Assembly (NCBI GenBank): GCA_951406725.2
Contig: OX597830.1
Span: forward strand, 60,016,001-60,080,000
Reading direction: 5' to 3'
Length of the DNA: 64,000 bases
Source: Octopus vulgaris
Lineage: Eukaryota
Position 1 is the stretch's first letter, and each line of letters starts with the position of its first letter. This document shows, one piece after another, positions 27,141 to 40,499 of the stretch. Position numbers and translations under genes: made by a program. The notes under the pieces were generated by a model. It saw only the letters and a program-made list of their open reading frames with translations. It searched no databases and was not told the origin of the DNA.

Positions 27141-28491
27141 CTTTTTCATTCGTACATGTTGGGTCAGCGAAATTAAAGCCAGGTCCCACCGCAGCTCTTA
27201 ATATGACCAAAAGGCTATTCTACAAGGACCAACGGTCATCAAAACTAAAACAAAAATGAAGCGAAAAACCCGAAAAAGCACCTTCATACAAAGCTGGAAT
27301 GCGAGTATGCACCTGAAAAGTCTGATGAAGAAAGCAGAAAGCATAAAATGACCCATCATGAACCCAAGGAAGTTTGATAACCCGACGGATCCCTAAAGAT
27401 AAAAAAGAATACTTTTTGTACCCGATAGATAAAGAATAATTAAATTAAGATGGAGTGGGTTTTCCAGTAAACAAAAAGAAATTAAGAAGGGCCATTTCCA
27501 TGAATTTGCCAATAAACCTCGTCAAACTACCAGTCTTGCCTTGAAGCTATCGAAGAAGTAATCCAACTTTATACACAAAAATCTGCGATTATCCAAGAGC
27601 TGGAAGTATCGAAGTAAATGAATATCACAAAGCTTATGGCGCCATCATAATGGGAAATCTATACGCCAAGATAAGGAACGAAATAACAAATGTCTGGGAA
27701 TGACAGAGAACAAAACACATAATGAATTTCTACGAGTCATAGAACCTAAAAATATCCAAAACCATTTTTGGAAAGGAAAAAAAAAAGAAGAAGAAAGAAA
27801 AGCTTAAAAATGTCCAAGCTGTATAACTTGAAAGTAGCTCGGCTACATTATCACAAACAAGGCAAGACATTTTTCGAAACACTGAAGTAATAGATGAGGC
27901 AGCCATCGTATGCAAAGCGAAAAAAAAAATCTATTCCATTTCAAGCAGAAACCAATCGGGATTGTAAGAGAGGCTAATCAATCATTTCAAAGCTACCTTA
28001 ACATTGAGCCTGCTGAACAATAAATACAAAGTGACGACACTGAAACTTTAAACAAGAATCTAACAAAAGCTTTTACTGAAAGATCTGAATACAGCAACAA
28101 ACTTAGGAACAAACGAAAAAAGTTCGGAGTTAATTCAGCCGGCAACGAGACAGAAGTAGCAGAGCTGAATAAACAGATAAACAGAAAATAATGAGAAGAC
28201 ACGAGAGACTGCAAGAATAGAAACAGCAATCCATCAAGTGAAAAAATTTGAATCTGTTAGAGAATAAAATAAACGGGAAGCTCAAATGATAGCATAAAAG
28301 AAGTTCAGACCATCAAGATATGAAGAAATAGACTCGAAGAAAGAGGGACGGTGTTCTATAATGGTAACTAAAGCAACAACAGTCTTATAGAAGACAACAT
28401 TATCGTATCTAGAACAACACTGTAAGTTTCTGAAATTCAAACCATACGAAGAGCAACACACAATCAAAAATGTAGAGGTGACGCTCTAGGA

Positions 28492-29000
28492 CAGGGGTCG
28501 AGGAGGTTTTTTTAACCAATTACCTCAAAATATGATATTTACACCGACGTTACCCTCTTGATTTGAAAGGAAATAAGGGGAAAAAAAAGACAATTATAAA
28601 TAAAAAAAAGTAAAAAACAAATGCTATAAAATGAATTAATATTATCTTCATTATGAAACAAAAGGATTTTTCTAGAAACCTTTTCACTTCAGGCTTTGGA
28701 GAAATGATGTTTCATTTTTGTTACAATTTCATCAAAATTGCAGTATTTTGATGCCAGAGCAATTTGGATACCATCTTCGGTGTCCAATCAATTGCTCTGC
28801 TTTGTTTCTATGTTCATTAGAGTGGAAAAGTCTAGTTTGCAAAGGTAGGTTGTTGCAAAAGGCAGCAATCTTTTGACTGCCCCCCCCTCATGCCAGAAGA
28901 AAAAAATTTTGTCGTAGCAAGGACCACGCTTTTATATAATTTTACTTATGTCTAATGAGTCCTCGAGAATTTCATTTTTACTCCGGTTCGCCGACTCCTG
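28492..29000. mobile_element. hAT (Charlie-type) non-autonomous element / MITE, 509 bp
   Basis: TIRs CAGGGGTCG...CGACTCCTG; 8-bp TSD ctctagga (28484-91) / ctctagaa (29001-08), the NTCTAGAN target typical of Charlie hATs. Confidence 0.85.
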
Positions 29001-29254
29001 CTCTAGAACAAAACAACGAATTAAAAAATGCAACTTGCCAAAATCTTCACTGAATAAAGTGAAATCTAAGGAAGATAAACAAGACCTAACAAACTATCGA
29101 GCTGTAAACCTTCAAAGTGCCATATGAAGATCATTCCCAAAGATTGTGACAAAACAGAATTGCCAAACAAGTGGATGGAACTCAGCCATTTGAACAAAAG
29201 GAATTTTAAAGGCGTTTTAATTTTCCTTACCTTTGTCATTTACATGCGATGAAT

Positions 29255-29650
29255 TGGCTGTGTGGTAAGTAGCTTGCTTACGAACCATATGGTTCCGGGT
29301 TCAGTCCCTCTGCGTGGCACAATGGGCAAGTGACTTCTATTATAGCCTCGGGCCGACCAAAGCCTTGTGAGTGGATTTGGTAGACGGAAACTGAAAGAAA
29401 CCCGTCGTATATATGTATATATATATATGTGTATGTTTGTGTGTTGCGTTTGTTCCCCTCCCCAACATCGCTTGACAACCGATGCTGGTGTGTTTATGTC
29501 CCCGTAACTTAGCGGTTCGGCAAAAGAGACCGATAGATTAAGTACTAGGCTTACAAAGAATAAGTCCTGGGGTCGATTTGCTCGACTAAAGACGGTGCTC
29601 CAGCATGGCCACAGTCAAATGACTGAAACAAGTAAATGAGTAAATGAGTA
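29255..29650 (+). mobile_element. SINE family B, full length
   Basis: Head to gaaacaagtaaatgagtaaatgagta tail. Confidence 0.9.
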
Positions 29651-30599
29651 ACTAACCTGAAAAATCAACATAACATCTCCCTTTGAATAGCCTTTGTGGC
29701 TTCTAGACGAGTTTAGGACCAGTGCATCATTCTCAAAAATTTCTTCTGAGGTAGAGGCATGGAATCGAAAAACCTGACAAACAAGCTAAATGCATCTCAA
29801 TATATGCACGCATGTGTTATAGTTGGAATAAGATGGAAGTATTATAAGCTATCGGACTGGGGTCGAAAATAAACGAAAGTAAATAATACATTCAAATTTT
29901 CAGAACCATTGGACACGTTCGGGAGATGAGTGACAAAAGGTGAACGAAAAGACGAAGAAATGGATTCTCAGATGCCACAAAAGGAACAGGAGATAACAAC
30001 GGACAGGGAACAAGGAGGAAAATCTAATAGAAACAATAAAAAAATATATATATAATTAACCATAAAAAATGAGATGAGTCAATAGTAACCCTTCTCGAAT
30101 TTATAAATAGATAAACGAGCCACGAATAAAGCCACGAATACTTGGCCACTCGGTCTGCTAGATTTAGTAGTCAACTCTCCCTAAAATCACAGCTATTCGT
30201 CTTTAGAAAGACACTTTGAATATTACATAGTCTAGAATATACAATGCCTGAAAACTGACAACATGGTCATGGCTGGAATGCCTAAGATTATGGATCAGCT
30301 GTAAAACTCAAGTATAACCAGACCAACTAAGAAATTCTCTCCGCAGAAGCATACCCAAATATCAGTGTGTCTAATTTACTTAGTAGTCACAGCAGTTTGA
30401 AGGAAAAACTGGTTTCAATTCTAATCGAAACCTACCAACATTTGTAGAAACAACAAAACATGATGCAACAAGATAAACAACAAGAGAACAGACCAATCCT
30501 TGGCAGAAAGGGGTAGCTTTTTCTTGCACGAAACAGGTGGAAGAATTTTTTTGAAGGTAATATGAAAATACAGCACTAAAAGAAAAATGATTCTGAAAA

Positions 30600-31172
30600 C
30601 GAAAGAAAAAATTTAAAGAGTGATCGTGTCAAAGACTTGTTATGATAATAAAGAGACGTTGGATGAGATTCTTTGAAGAACATCAGTGCTCCTTTTATTG
30701 GAATCACGTTTTTGAATCAAATACCAAATAGAAAACAATTCTAGCGGGACATAAATAAAAAGTATCACTCGGAAATACATCAATGACACCAACAATTGGA
30801 AGAGCGTATTAAGTAAAATATACACCCGATAAATATGTACAAAGGATGAGAAGAGAGAAAGAGAGGGAAAAGAAAAATATGGCATCACAAACATGGCCCA
30901 GCATCACTGGTGAGGAATTTACCTACAAAGAGTCATAATTCCTGCAACTGGAATCTTCCAGAATTGATAAAGCCCCAATACATGGTTAAAGTACGTAACC
31001 AGTATATAAGAAGCTACTTGCATTCTGTGACTTTGGAAAAGGACCAGCGTCAGCACCTGACTGTTCACTAGATAGGAAAGCAATATATTGATTGCTACTG
31101 ACCCATCAAAAAAAAGTAAAAAAAAAAACAAAGGCCCCAAATCTATATTGGTAAATCGATGGTCTGTTTACC

Positions 31173-31261
<89 letters not shown>

Positions 31262-31800
31262 TGTATATATGACATCAATATTCTCTAAAGGTTAGTTGCA
31301 TATCTAGAAGATAATATCTTGCCAAAGAAGCAAAAAGATTGTTGGAAGTAGGGTGAATGGAAGAATAACTTATTGGTAAACCAGTCAGTTATTGAACGCA
31401 ACAAGAAAAGAATAAAATAAAATCTAAGCATAGTAAGGATTGATTACTGAGAAACCTTCGACAACATACTTGCATGCCTGAACAGTGGGGACCAAAAACA
31501 TAGAAACCTCAGCTATTGCAGTGTATCAACTGTTCTATTCTAAAGGGAAACTAAAAACATCAATAGTAATGCAAAACAAAGAAGGGAGACTAAACCAGCC
31601 CTATCTGCATTGAAAAGGATTCGCTTTTTGTTTTTAGGAAGACTATATATATATCCTAGTTCAAATTCTGCTGAGAAACCCTTTTAAGTCAAACACCTAA
31701 TAGTTATAAATGTTATGGTCAAACTAAAAAAAAAAAAAATTAAACTTCTCTGGATTAAAATTATATACAAAAGACAAGACAATGGAATGAATACAGGATT
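30600..31800 (+). mobile_element. Decayed R4/Dong-like RT region
   Basis: Degenerate Q K.C (~31330) and NLS...IDY..TFD (~31420-31465) motifs. Confidence 0.4.
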
Positions 31801-31876
31801 ATGTAAATGTGCGTTTTGGGGTATGTTTTGAGAAGGTATAAAAGTAAAAATTTAAATATGAAGTGGACCGTAAATA

Positions 31877-32205
31877 AAAAAAAAGACTCCGCCGGTTACG
31901 ACGACGAGGGTCCCAGCTGATCCGATCAACGGAACAGCTTGCTCGTGAAATTAACGTGCAAATGGCTGAGCATTCCACAGACACGTGTACCCTTAACGTA
32001 GTTCTCGGGGATAATCAGCGTGACACAATGAGTGACAAGGCTGACCCTTTGAAATACAAGTACAACTCATTTTTGCCAGCTGAGTGGACTGGAGCAACGT
32101 GAAATAAAGTGTCTTGCTCAAGGACACAACGCGTCGCCGGGAATCGAACTCACAACCTTACGATCATGAGCCGAATGCCCTAACCACTAAGCCACGCGCC
32201 CTCAC
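31877..32205 (-). mobile_element. tRNA-derived SINE (family C-related, CORE-like), 13-bp TSD
   Basis: TSD tggaccgtaaata at 31864-76 and 32206-18; A/B-box head. Confidence 0.9.
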
Positions 32206-32639
32206 TGGACCGTAAATATAAAGTAAGCAGTAGACATTGAAATAGAGAATTAAGACCATAACCTTAAAATGTATTCTATAGAAGACGGAAATGATAACAT
32301 TCAGAAATAAAGAGAAAATGAGAAAAGAATACGCCAAGAGCCATACTACTACTACTCTTCCTAATTTTGGCAAAAGACCAGCACTTTTGAGGTGAGGGCA
32401 AGTCGATTACATTTTGAGGTGAGGATAAGTCGATTACTTGACTGGTAATTTTGGTACTTATTTGATCGACCCCGAAAGTGATGAAAGGCAAAGTTAAAGA
32501 GCCGGAAGAATTGCTGCGGGGTAGATTGTCTGTTATACTCGTACGCCACCTTAGAATCAGTCTAATATTTAAAAAAGGGCCATAAGCACACTTGTCATCC
32601 CAGTCTTCAAGATGATAGATAAGAAGTTCAGTGAACTAA

Positions 32640-33075
32640 GTTATAGAGATAAAAAGGGAGAGAAAGAAAGAGAGAATGAGAGAAAGAAAGGGAGAGAGAC
32701 AGAAAGGGAGAAAGAGAGAAAGGGAGAAAAAAGGGAAAGGGAAAGAAAGAAAGGGAAAGAGAAAGAAAGAAAGGAGGAAGAAAGAAAGAAGGAGAGAAAG
32801 AAAGAGTGAAAGAGAGAATGAAAGAAAGGAAGAGAGAAAGAAAGGGAGAGAGAAAGAAAGGGAGAAAGAGAGAAAGGGAGAAAAAGGGAAAGGAAAGAAA
32901 GGGAAAGAGAAAGAAAGAAATGAGGAAGAAAGAGAGAGAGAAAGAAAGCGAGAAAGAAAGAAAGAAAGAAATAAAGAAAGAAAGAAAGAAAGACAGAAAG
33001 AAAGGAAGACAGAAAGAAAGGAAGCAAGGGAGAAGGAAGGAAGGAAGAAAGAAGGAAGAAGGAAGGAAAAAGAAA
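32640..33075. repeat. Polypurine (GA-rich) low-complexity tract
   Basis: Direct. Confidence 0.9.
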
Positions 33076-34181
33076 ATTTGGTTGTGTGTGTTTGTGAAGT
33101 GTCCGCTCTTGAATTTGATACTGAAATAAAATCCAAGACGAGTGCCTCACGTCGAAGTGGGAGGAATCCTAACAACAATGAAGAACTATTGCACGAAGAA
33201 ACAAACCATAATTATTACAGAAAACATATTTTGCTACAAGTAAAGGTACACTGATTAAATTAATTAATCAATACAAAACAATAAGAAAACCTTTGAGTAT
33301 AAACCGAAAAGATCAAATACGAATAATAAAACCAAAGAAATAAAAGTAGGAATGGAAAGAAATTCCAGTCTCTGGTCAGGATCTTATGAAAACGTAGATG
33401 ATGTAAGCCAATATGGCCGTCAATAATGTCTCAATATCGTAGACTAAAAGCGGAAAATATTTGATTTTACTTACACAAGATTAATGACTTAATAAAAGCA
33501 ATCTACAAAAGAGAACAATGAAATAAAGTCAACTGCGAACTATGAAATAAGCATAAAGACCCCTTCTCTGTATTTCCGGTTGTCCAGAGCTATCAGAATT
33601 TAAATATATTCATAGAAATGGCTGGATAGGTACCTATGTCCACTAAGAAATACAGACACTTCTATATCAAACAGAAATTAATATAACACGTACCAAATAA
33701 CAATGCAAGGACTATCATGTTGTAGAACATGACTGAATACACTAACAAAGAGATCAAAGCAAACAATTCAAATACAATATTCAAAGACAGAAAGAAAAAA
33801 AAAGCTCTCTAAATGGACATCTCATTCTTTTTCAATCAAATTATCGGCCAGAAGGTGATCGAAAGGTTATCGAAGTACAAAAGACTGATTTTCATTGCTT
33901 AGTCATAGTAAGAAAGTTAGTGCTCGTGACCAATAAGCTTTTCAGGGCCTCTGAGGCTGGTAGTAGGAGGGAGCTTACCCTTAGGTTGCAGATTTGGTCC
34001 ATTTGCTCGAAAAAGATTGGGTCGCTAAAGGTACTCAAGGACTGGTGACGGTATTAAACCGAAAGACATTAATTATGCCACCTAAGGCCAAAAACAACCT
34101 CATCGATGGGCTTCGACATAGTTTTCTTCACTTAATTTCACTCATAGGATTTTGGTCGACAGAAGGCTATGGTCGACAGAA

Positions 34182-34782
34182 GGCGGCGAGCTGGCAGAGT
34201 GGTTAGCACGCCGGGCGAAATGCGTAGCCGTATTTCGTCTGCCGTTACCTTCTGAGTTCAGATTCCGCCGAGGTCGACTTTGCCTTTCATCCTTTCGGGA
34301 TCGATTAAATAAGTACCAGTTACGCACTGGGGTCGATGTAATCGGCTTAATCCCTTTGTCTGTCCTTGTTTGTCCTCTCTGTGTTTAGCCCCTTGTGGGT
34401 AGTAAAGAAATAGCTACTTTGTCTGCCGCTACGTTCTGAGTTCAAATCTCGCCGAGGTTGACTTTGCTTTTCATCCTTTCGGGGTCGATTAAATAAAGTA
34501 TCAGTTACGCACTGGGGTCGATGTAATCGACTTAATCCCTTTGTCTGTCCTTGTTTGTCCCCTCTATGTTTAGCCCCTTGTGGGCAATAAAGAAATAGGT
34601 ATTTCGTCTGCCATTACGTTCTGAGTTTAAATTCCGCCGAGGTCGACTTTGCCTTTCATCCTTTCGGAGTCGATAAATAAATTACCAGTTACGCACTGGA
34701 TCGATGTAATCGACTTAATCCTTTTGGCTGTCCTTGTTTGTCCCCTGTATATTTAGCCCCTTGTGGGCAATAAAAAAAATAA
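34182..34782 (+). mobile_element. Trimeric SINE family A (one head, three bodies)
   Basis: Body repeats restart at ~34414 and ~34599. Confidence 0.9.
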
Positions 34783-34864
34783 GAAGGCTATGATAGGAGT
34801 CACTTGGCAAGTTGCTGTGCAGAGTGAGTGAATCTGAAGCTACGGAGTTACAGAGCGAATTTCT

Positions 34865-34897
<33 letters not shown>

Positions 34898-34898
34898 C

Positions 34899-34934
<36 letters not shown>

Positions 34935-34992
34935 TAGTAGTAGCAGCAGCAGCAGCAGTAACAGTAGCAGGATTAAAATCCCCACCAATATT

Positions 34993-35200
34993 GGTTTCAA
35001 ATTTTGGCACAAGGCCAGCAATTTCGAGGAAGGAGTAAATCGGTTACATCGACACCCTCGATGAAAATACATATTTTATCGATCCCGAAAGGATGAAAAG
35101 CAGAGTCAACCTCGGTAGTTTGAACTCAGAAAATAAAGACGGACGAAATGCCGCTAAACATTTCGCAGGGCGTGCTGACGATTCTGCCTGCTAGCCGCCT
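34993..35200 (-). mobile_element. SINE family A with TSD aatcYccaccaatatt
   Basis: TSD ~34977-92 and ~35202-17. Confidence 0.85.
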
Positions 35201-35222
35201 TAATCTCCACCAATATTAAGTA

Positions 35223-35453
35223 GGCGGCGAGCTGGCAGAAACGTTAGCACGCCGGGCGAAATGCGTAGCCGTATTTCGTCTGCCGTTACGTTCTGAGTTC
35301 AAATTCCGCCGAGGTCGACTTTGCCTTTCATCCTTTCGGGGTCGATAAATAAAGTACCAGTTACGCATTGGGATCGATGTAATCGACTTAATCCCTTTGT
35401 CTGCCCTTGTTTGTCCCCTCTGTGTTTAGCCCCTTGTGGGTAGTAAAGAAATA
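35223..35453 (+). mobile_element. SINE family A, young copy, TSD atattaagtag
   Basis: Near-consensus; head-to-head with the preceding SINE. Confidence 0.92.
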
Positions 35454-35766
35454 TATATTAAGTAGTATAATGGGTATGCTAAAAGGAAAGCATGAACAGT
35501 AAGCGTAAATACCATTCAAAAGTAGACACAACACAAAATAATAGCCCTATTAAGCACAGCACTTGTCCCACACTAGAGACAACGTTATATAGAACATATC
35601 CCCTACACTGGGCTCTCGATACGGTAAAAAATTTCGCAATAAAGAAGAGCAACACGAAAACAGCACAAGAACGAAACAAACCGCGCCATCTCTAATGATA
35701 ACAACGTCAACAACTACTGATTTCCTATAGAAGTGGTGTAATGAATTGATTTTAAGTGTATGTTTG

Positions 35767-35768
<2 letters not shown>

Positions 35769-35841
<73 letters not shown>

Positions 35842-35889
35842 TAAGTAGTAGTAGCAGCAGCAGCAGCGGCGGCGGCGGCGGCAGTAGTT

Positions 35890-35941
<52 letters not shown>

Positions 35942-35985
35942 CAGCAGCAGTGGCAGCAGCAGTAGTTGTAGTAGTAGTAGTAGTA
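35769..35985. repeat. (AGT/AGC)n array
   Basis: Direct. Confidence 0.95.
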
Positions 35986-37499
35986 GAATGATGGTGCTGC
36001 TTTTCATAGGAATGTAATCAATGTTATCGATCGCCGAAGAACTTGACTGGAACCGTTTTATCGACCGCGTAAGCATCAACTACAAAACCAAGTTCGGCGA
36101 GATTTGAACGCAAGAGGATGTCAGGCATCTTGTGGGACACTTCTATCATCCACCCTCCTTTAATCATAACAACAACAACAAGGATTATGAATAAGGTAGT
36201 GGTGGGCATTATAAGAACAAGTTACAAAAATGGTGGTCGTTTGGGTTGAGTATAGAAAACCAAGAAGAATAATACAAACATAAATGATATTTGAGGTTCA
36301 TAAGGGCCAAGGTCAATCAAGAACCTTTCTGATCCTGGATTACAATGACCCTCAAGAGCAACTTCATACCTCCATCTTAGTATCCGACCAACAGTCATAT
36401 TCTGAGAGAAGGCTTCTTAACCCGAGTAATACTCACCGCACTCCCCATCCTTTCAGCATATTTACGAATGATTACCGTCTTCCTCTCTATCCTCAGCTTT
36501 CCCGCCAAGTGGAAGTTGAGGATTTTGCCAAAGAGGAAAGCGTCAGTCATTAGGCCTTTCAATCTTGTCTACCAAACTATCTCAATCTGTAGAGTTTTCG
36601 GATTGAGAAAATTTACCAGCCGATGCGATCCTCACGGCGGATGTTACTAATATCCGGATCCGTCACAGACGCAGCAAAAGCTGTTAGACATAGCTCCATA
36701 AGTCGACAATATATGAACACCATATACGAAATGATTTCTTTCCTATGTGTATAATACGATCAGGCATTGAGAAGCCTGTACGGTTTACCCTGAACCGGAA
36801 ATGATCCCAGTATCTAACCTCTGCAGGTGTCAATATTGACCTCTACAGATGCCGAGTTGCAAGTTCACTTATTTGTTACGTGATCGTCTTACTTCATCAT
36901 ATTTCATTATATTTATTCAGTATGATAAGGACCATCTCAATTTTAGTTCCGCCACACACCATAACAGTAACCATGTTTGTGTAATCCGATACAGCCTCTG
37001 AAAACAAGAAAGAAAACAGTTTGAATTTAGAACAGCCGCTAGGTTTAGTAAGGTCCTGTTATAATGCATCGTATAAAATGAAAATTGCTTGGGATAGATA
37101 TGCTGGCAATTATACTGCCATGTGTGCTAAAACCTATACAACCTACAGCAAGGTTCAGCCTTTTCCCTCGTACTTGGTACAAAATGTACAACTCCGCATT
37201 CATCAGTTGATATATCTTTTATCTTTCACTTGTTTCAGTCATTGAACTACGACCATACAGGGGTACTGCCTTGAAGACTGTTTTTCTTTTGGTGGTGGTG
37301 GGGGGGGGGGGGGGCGAAGGAATCGCTTCCATATACATACTTTTTAAGTTTGGTTTCTATCGGTCTCTTCTGCCGAACCGCTAGATTACAGGGAGCATAA
37401 ACAAACACAAAAACGTATGCACATAGTTCTACACACACATGTACACATACACATACATACACATATACACATACATACAGCTGTGTCTGGGTCTATAAA

Positions 37500-38232
37500 A
37501 ATCAGGATCTCAAAACAAACAAACATACAAAAAAAAATAAAAAATGAAATAAGCTTCCGAATTGGTTTGCAAGTTGATGAATTTACTGATACTAACATTA
37601 ATAATAAATCACTCATAGTTTTTTTGATAGAAGCCAAATCGTAAATCAGTTTTTTTGTTTTTGTTTTTGTTGCTGTAAAGAAATGTCACGCACTTCAAGG
37701 GGTCAATGTGTGTTTGATATTTCATCCGTCTACCTCGAAGAACACATTTTCATGGAAGCCAATCGATAGAATTTGCACTAAAGGGGCTTTATCCATGGGT
37801 GGATGAACGGTTTTGCATTGCTCGTAAAACAGCAAATGTCTAACATTATTGAGACGCACCGATTTCTATATGGAGGTACTCGTTTCACAAACATTAGCAA
37901 CTGCATTTAAAAAAGAAGTATAGATCAAGATATTGAAATGGTTAATTTCATTAAAAGTTCACCATTGAAGTCACGGTTATTTGAATGAATTTCCATCGCT
38001 TTGATTTCATAGCATGGCGCCTTCTTTTTACACAGAAGTTAGATGGCTGTCAAAAGGTAAAATGCTATTCTGTAGACATAGGCTTCAGAAATATTTGTTT
38101 GCATTTTCTGAAGGAGAGAAACTTGAAGGTTTTTATGAATACCTTCGATGCGAATTTTGGATTTCTCGACTGGAATATTTAAGAGGGATTATTGGCAGAT
38201 ATGAACTGTGTAAACACAAGCATTCAAGATAA
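37500..38232 (+). mobile_element. hAT Buster/Charlie-family transposase relic
   Basis: LQVDEFTD, CT.GA.SMG, MVNFIKSSPLKSRLF, YTEVRWLSKGK, W..RLEYL..I in order; frameshifted. Confidence 0.82.
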
Positions 38233-38729
38233 ACATGAAATTATTTCGAATCTGACAAATAAAATCTGATTCCATTTCAGAAAAACAAAAACAAACAGTA
38301 TGGCTGTGTGGTAAGAAGCTTGTTCCCTTACTACATGGTTCAGTCCCACTGCGTGGCACCTTGGGCGAGTGTCTTCTACTATAGTTTCTGGACGACCAAA
38401 TTTGTATCTATTATCATTTTTAAATATATATACTTTTTTTGATATTTTTTTATGACTTGATGCACAAAATGTGCAAAATATGCAACATACCGTTGTAAAA
38501 AAAAATGTTAAGAACCGCAAATTTATTGGAGCAAGTAATCTAATCTCTTATCCTCTGAAATCCCATTAAAAGTAATTTACTCGCTGCTTATTTGAATATT
38601 CCCATCACACGTGGAGATTTATGGCGGAGGGTCAGATCATACATCCTATTCCCTATTTTTTAAATCCTGCGTTTTAAATACCCATACATACACACACACA
38701 TGTGTGTGTGTGTGTGTGCGTGCATATGT

Positions 38730-38990
38730 GGGCGCAGGTGTGGGTGTGTGGTAAGAAGTTTACCTCCGAACCACATGATTCCGTGTTCAGTCCACTGCGT
38801 GGCAACCTTGGGCGATTGTCTTCTACTATGGCCCTGGCCGGACCAAGTACTTATGAGTGGATTTGGTAGACAGAAACTGAAAAAAAAATCCGTCGTATAA
38901 TCTTTGTATATTTAAGGACTGGAATCGACTCGTTCGGTTAAAACTTATTCAAGGCAGTGCCTCGGCATGGCTGCCGGCCAATGACTAAGA
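38730..38990 (+). mobile_element. SINE family B, internally deleted
   Basis: ggcgcagg...ccttgggcgattgtcttc. Confidence 0.75.
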
Positions 38991-39234
38991 TGTATACACA
39001 AACACACACACACACACACACACGCATGCACACACGCGCATAGACATCAAGTGATCTACAAACCTCTGATGAGAACGTAAGAAGTCTCGAAAATCGATTA
39101 AGGCTGCTCATCATTTTTTCAATCCACTGAAAAATAGTTAAAATTGTCGTGCTTGTTTGTATATTTACCACATAAGTTCACATCTTTCATACGTTGAAAC
39201 TGTATGGATTAAGATCCCCATTGACAGGCCATTG

Positions 39235-39619
39235 GAAGCACTCCGTCGGTTACGACGACGAGGGTTCCAGTTGATCCGAATCAACGGAACAGCCTGCTCG
39301 TGAAATTAACGTGTAAGTGGCTGAGCATTCCACAGACACGTGTACCCTTAACGCAGTTCTCGGGGATATTCAGCGTGACACAGAGAGTGACAAGGCCGGC
39401 TCCTTGAAATACAGGTACAACAGAAACAAGAAGTAAGAGTGAGAGAAAGTTGTGGTGAAAGAGTACAGCAGGGATCACCACCATCCCCTGCCGGAGCCTC
39501 GTGGAGCTTTTAGGTGTTTTCGCTCAATAAACACTCACAACGCCCGGTCTGGGAATCGAAACCGCGATCCTATGACCGCGAGTCCGCTGCCCTAACCACT
39601 GGGCCATTGCGCCTCCACA
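39235..39619 (-). mobile_element. tRNA-derived SINE family C, full length, 12-bp TSD
   Basis: TSD gacaggccattg at 39223-34 and 39620-31. Confidence 0.92.
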
Positions 39620-39876
39620 GACAGGCCATTGATATTAGATAAAGTGCTAAATACGTATGGCATGCAAATTAGTAAATCCAGCTCTCTAAAGCTACTGGAT
39701 GTGTTGTGTATATAAACAGATTAGTTACCCGCTTCTCTAACATTGACCAAATGGTGTAGACATTATTGATGAAAACCTAAAAAAAGCTTGAAATTCAATT
39801 TAGCTTATTCATAATTTTTCATAATCTACAGAGAAGTAATTGAATTTCTTATGTCTGTATGTTTATTATGTAGGAT

Positions 39877-40110
39877 TATATATTTGTGTTATATATGTAT
39901 GTATATATTTGTGTTATATATGTATGTATATATTTGTGTTATATATGTATGTATATATTTGTGTTATATATGTATGTATATATTTGTGTTATATATGTAT
40001 GTATATATTTGTGTTATATATGTATGTATATATTTGTGTTATATATGTATGTATATATTTGTGTTATATATGTATGTATATATTTGTGTTATATATGTAT
40101 GTATATATTT
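39877..40110. repeat. 25-bp minisatellite (TATATATTTGTGTTATATATGTATG), about 9 perfect copies
   Basis: Direct. Confidence 0.95.
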
Positions 40111-40499
40111 ATATATGAACATTTGTGGAATTTTAGGTTTTAAATGTTAAAGATTCAGAATCTGCGAAAAAAATATTTTTCTGACAAAAATGTTTTCAGA
40201 CGCATTTTTTCTCTTTTTTTCTATTTATTTCTTTATTTTTATTTGTCTATTTTATTTCTTTACTTTCTTTTGGCAAAAAATAAAGGAATAAAAGATATAA
40301 AATTCGTATCTGCTATGCTGATGCCTCAATTGTTTCATGGCAGTTCAAAATGGCTACTCAGTGAATTAAGCAATTCAACGACCAACGCCATTGTGTGGAT
40401 CTTACAAACGAACTACATTATTGCTGATGACAAGCTACGCGTTTGTTCATGAATGTCATTGTTACAATCTCAAATTTATTTTGATGGTGTTATCTAGTG

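Larger units (their letters stand above)
27150..30020 (+). mobile_element. Decayed RTE-like LINE (endonuclease to RT C-terminus) with nested insertions
   Basis: GVGF (~27455), IIMG...AK (~27645), DL.NYRA.NL (~29085), GHV.EM.DKR (~29910). Confidence 0.55.

Noticed and set aside
32640-33075. Charged coiled-coil protein (192 aa)
   Set aside because: Polypurine low-complexity tract open in several frames
39545-39619. tRNA gene (also 8410-8487, 32130-32205, 58690-58762)
   Set aside because: tRNA-like heads continue into SINE bodies bounded by TSDs; acceptor stem incomplete
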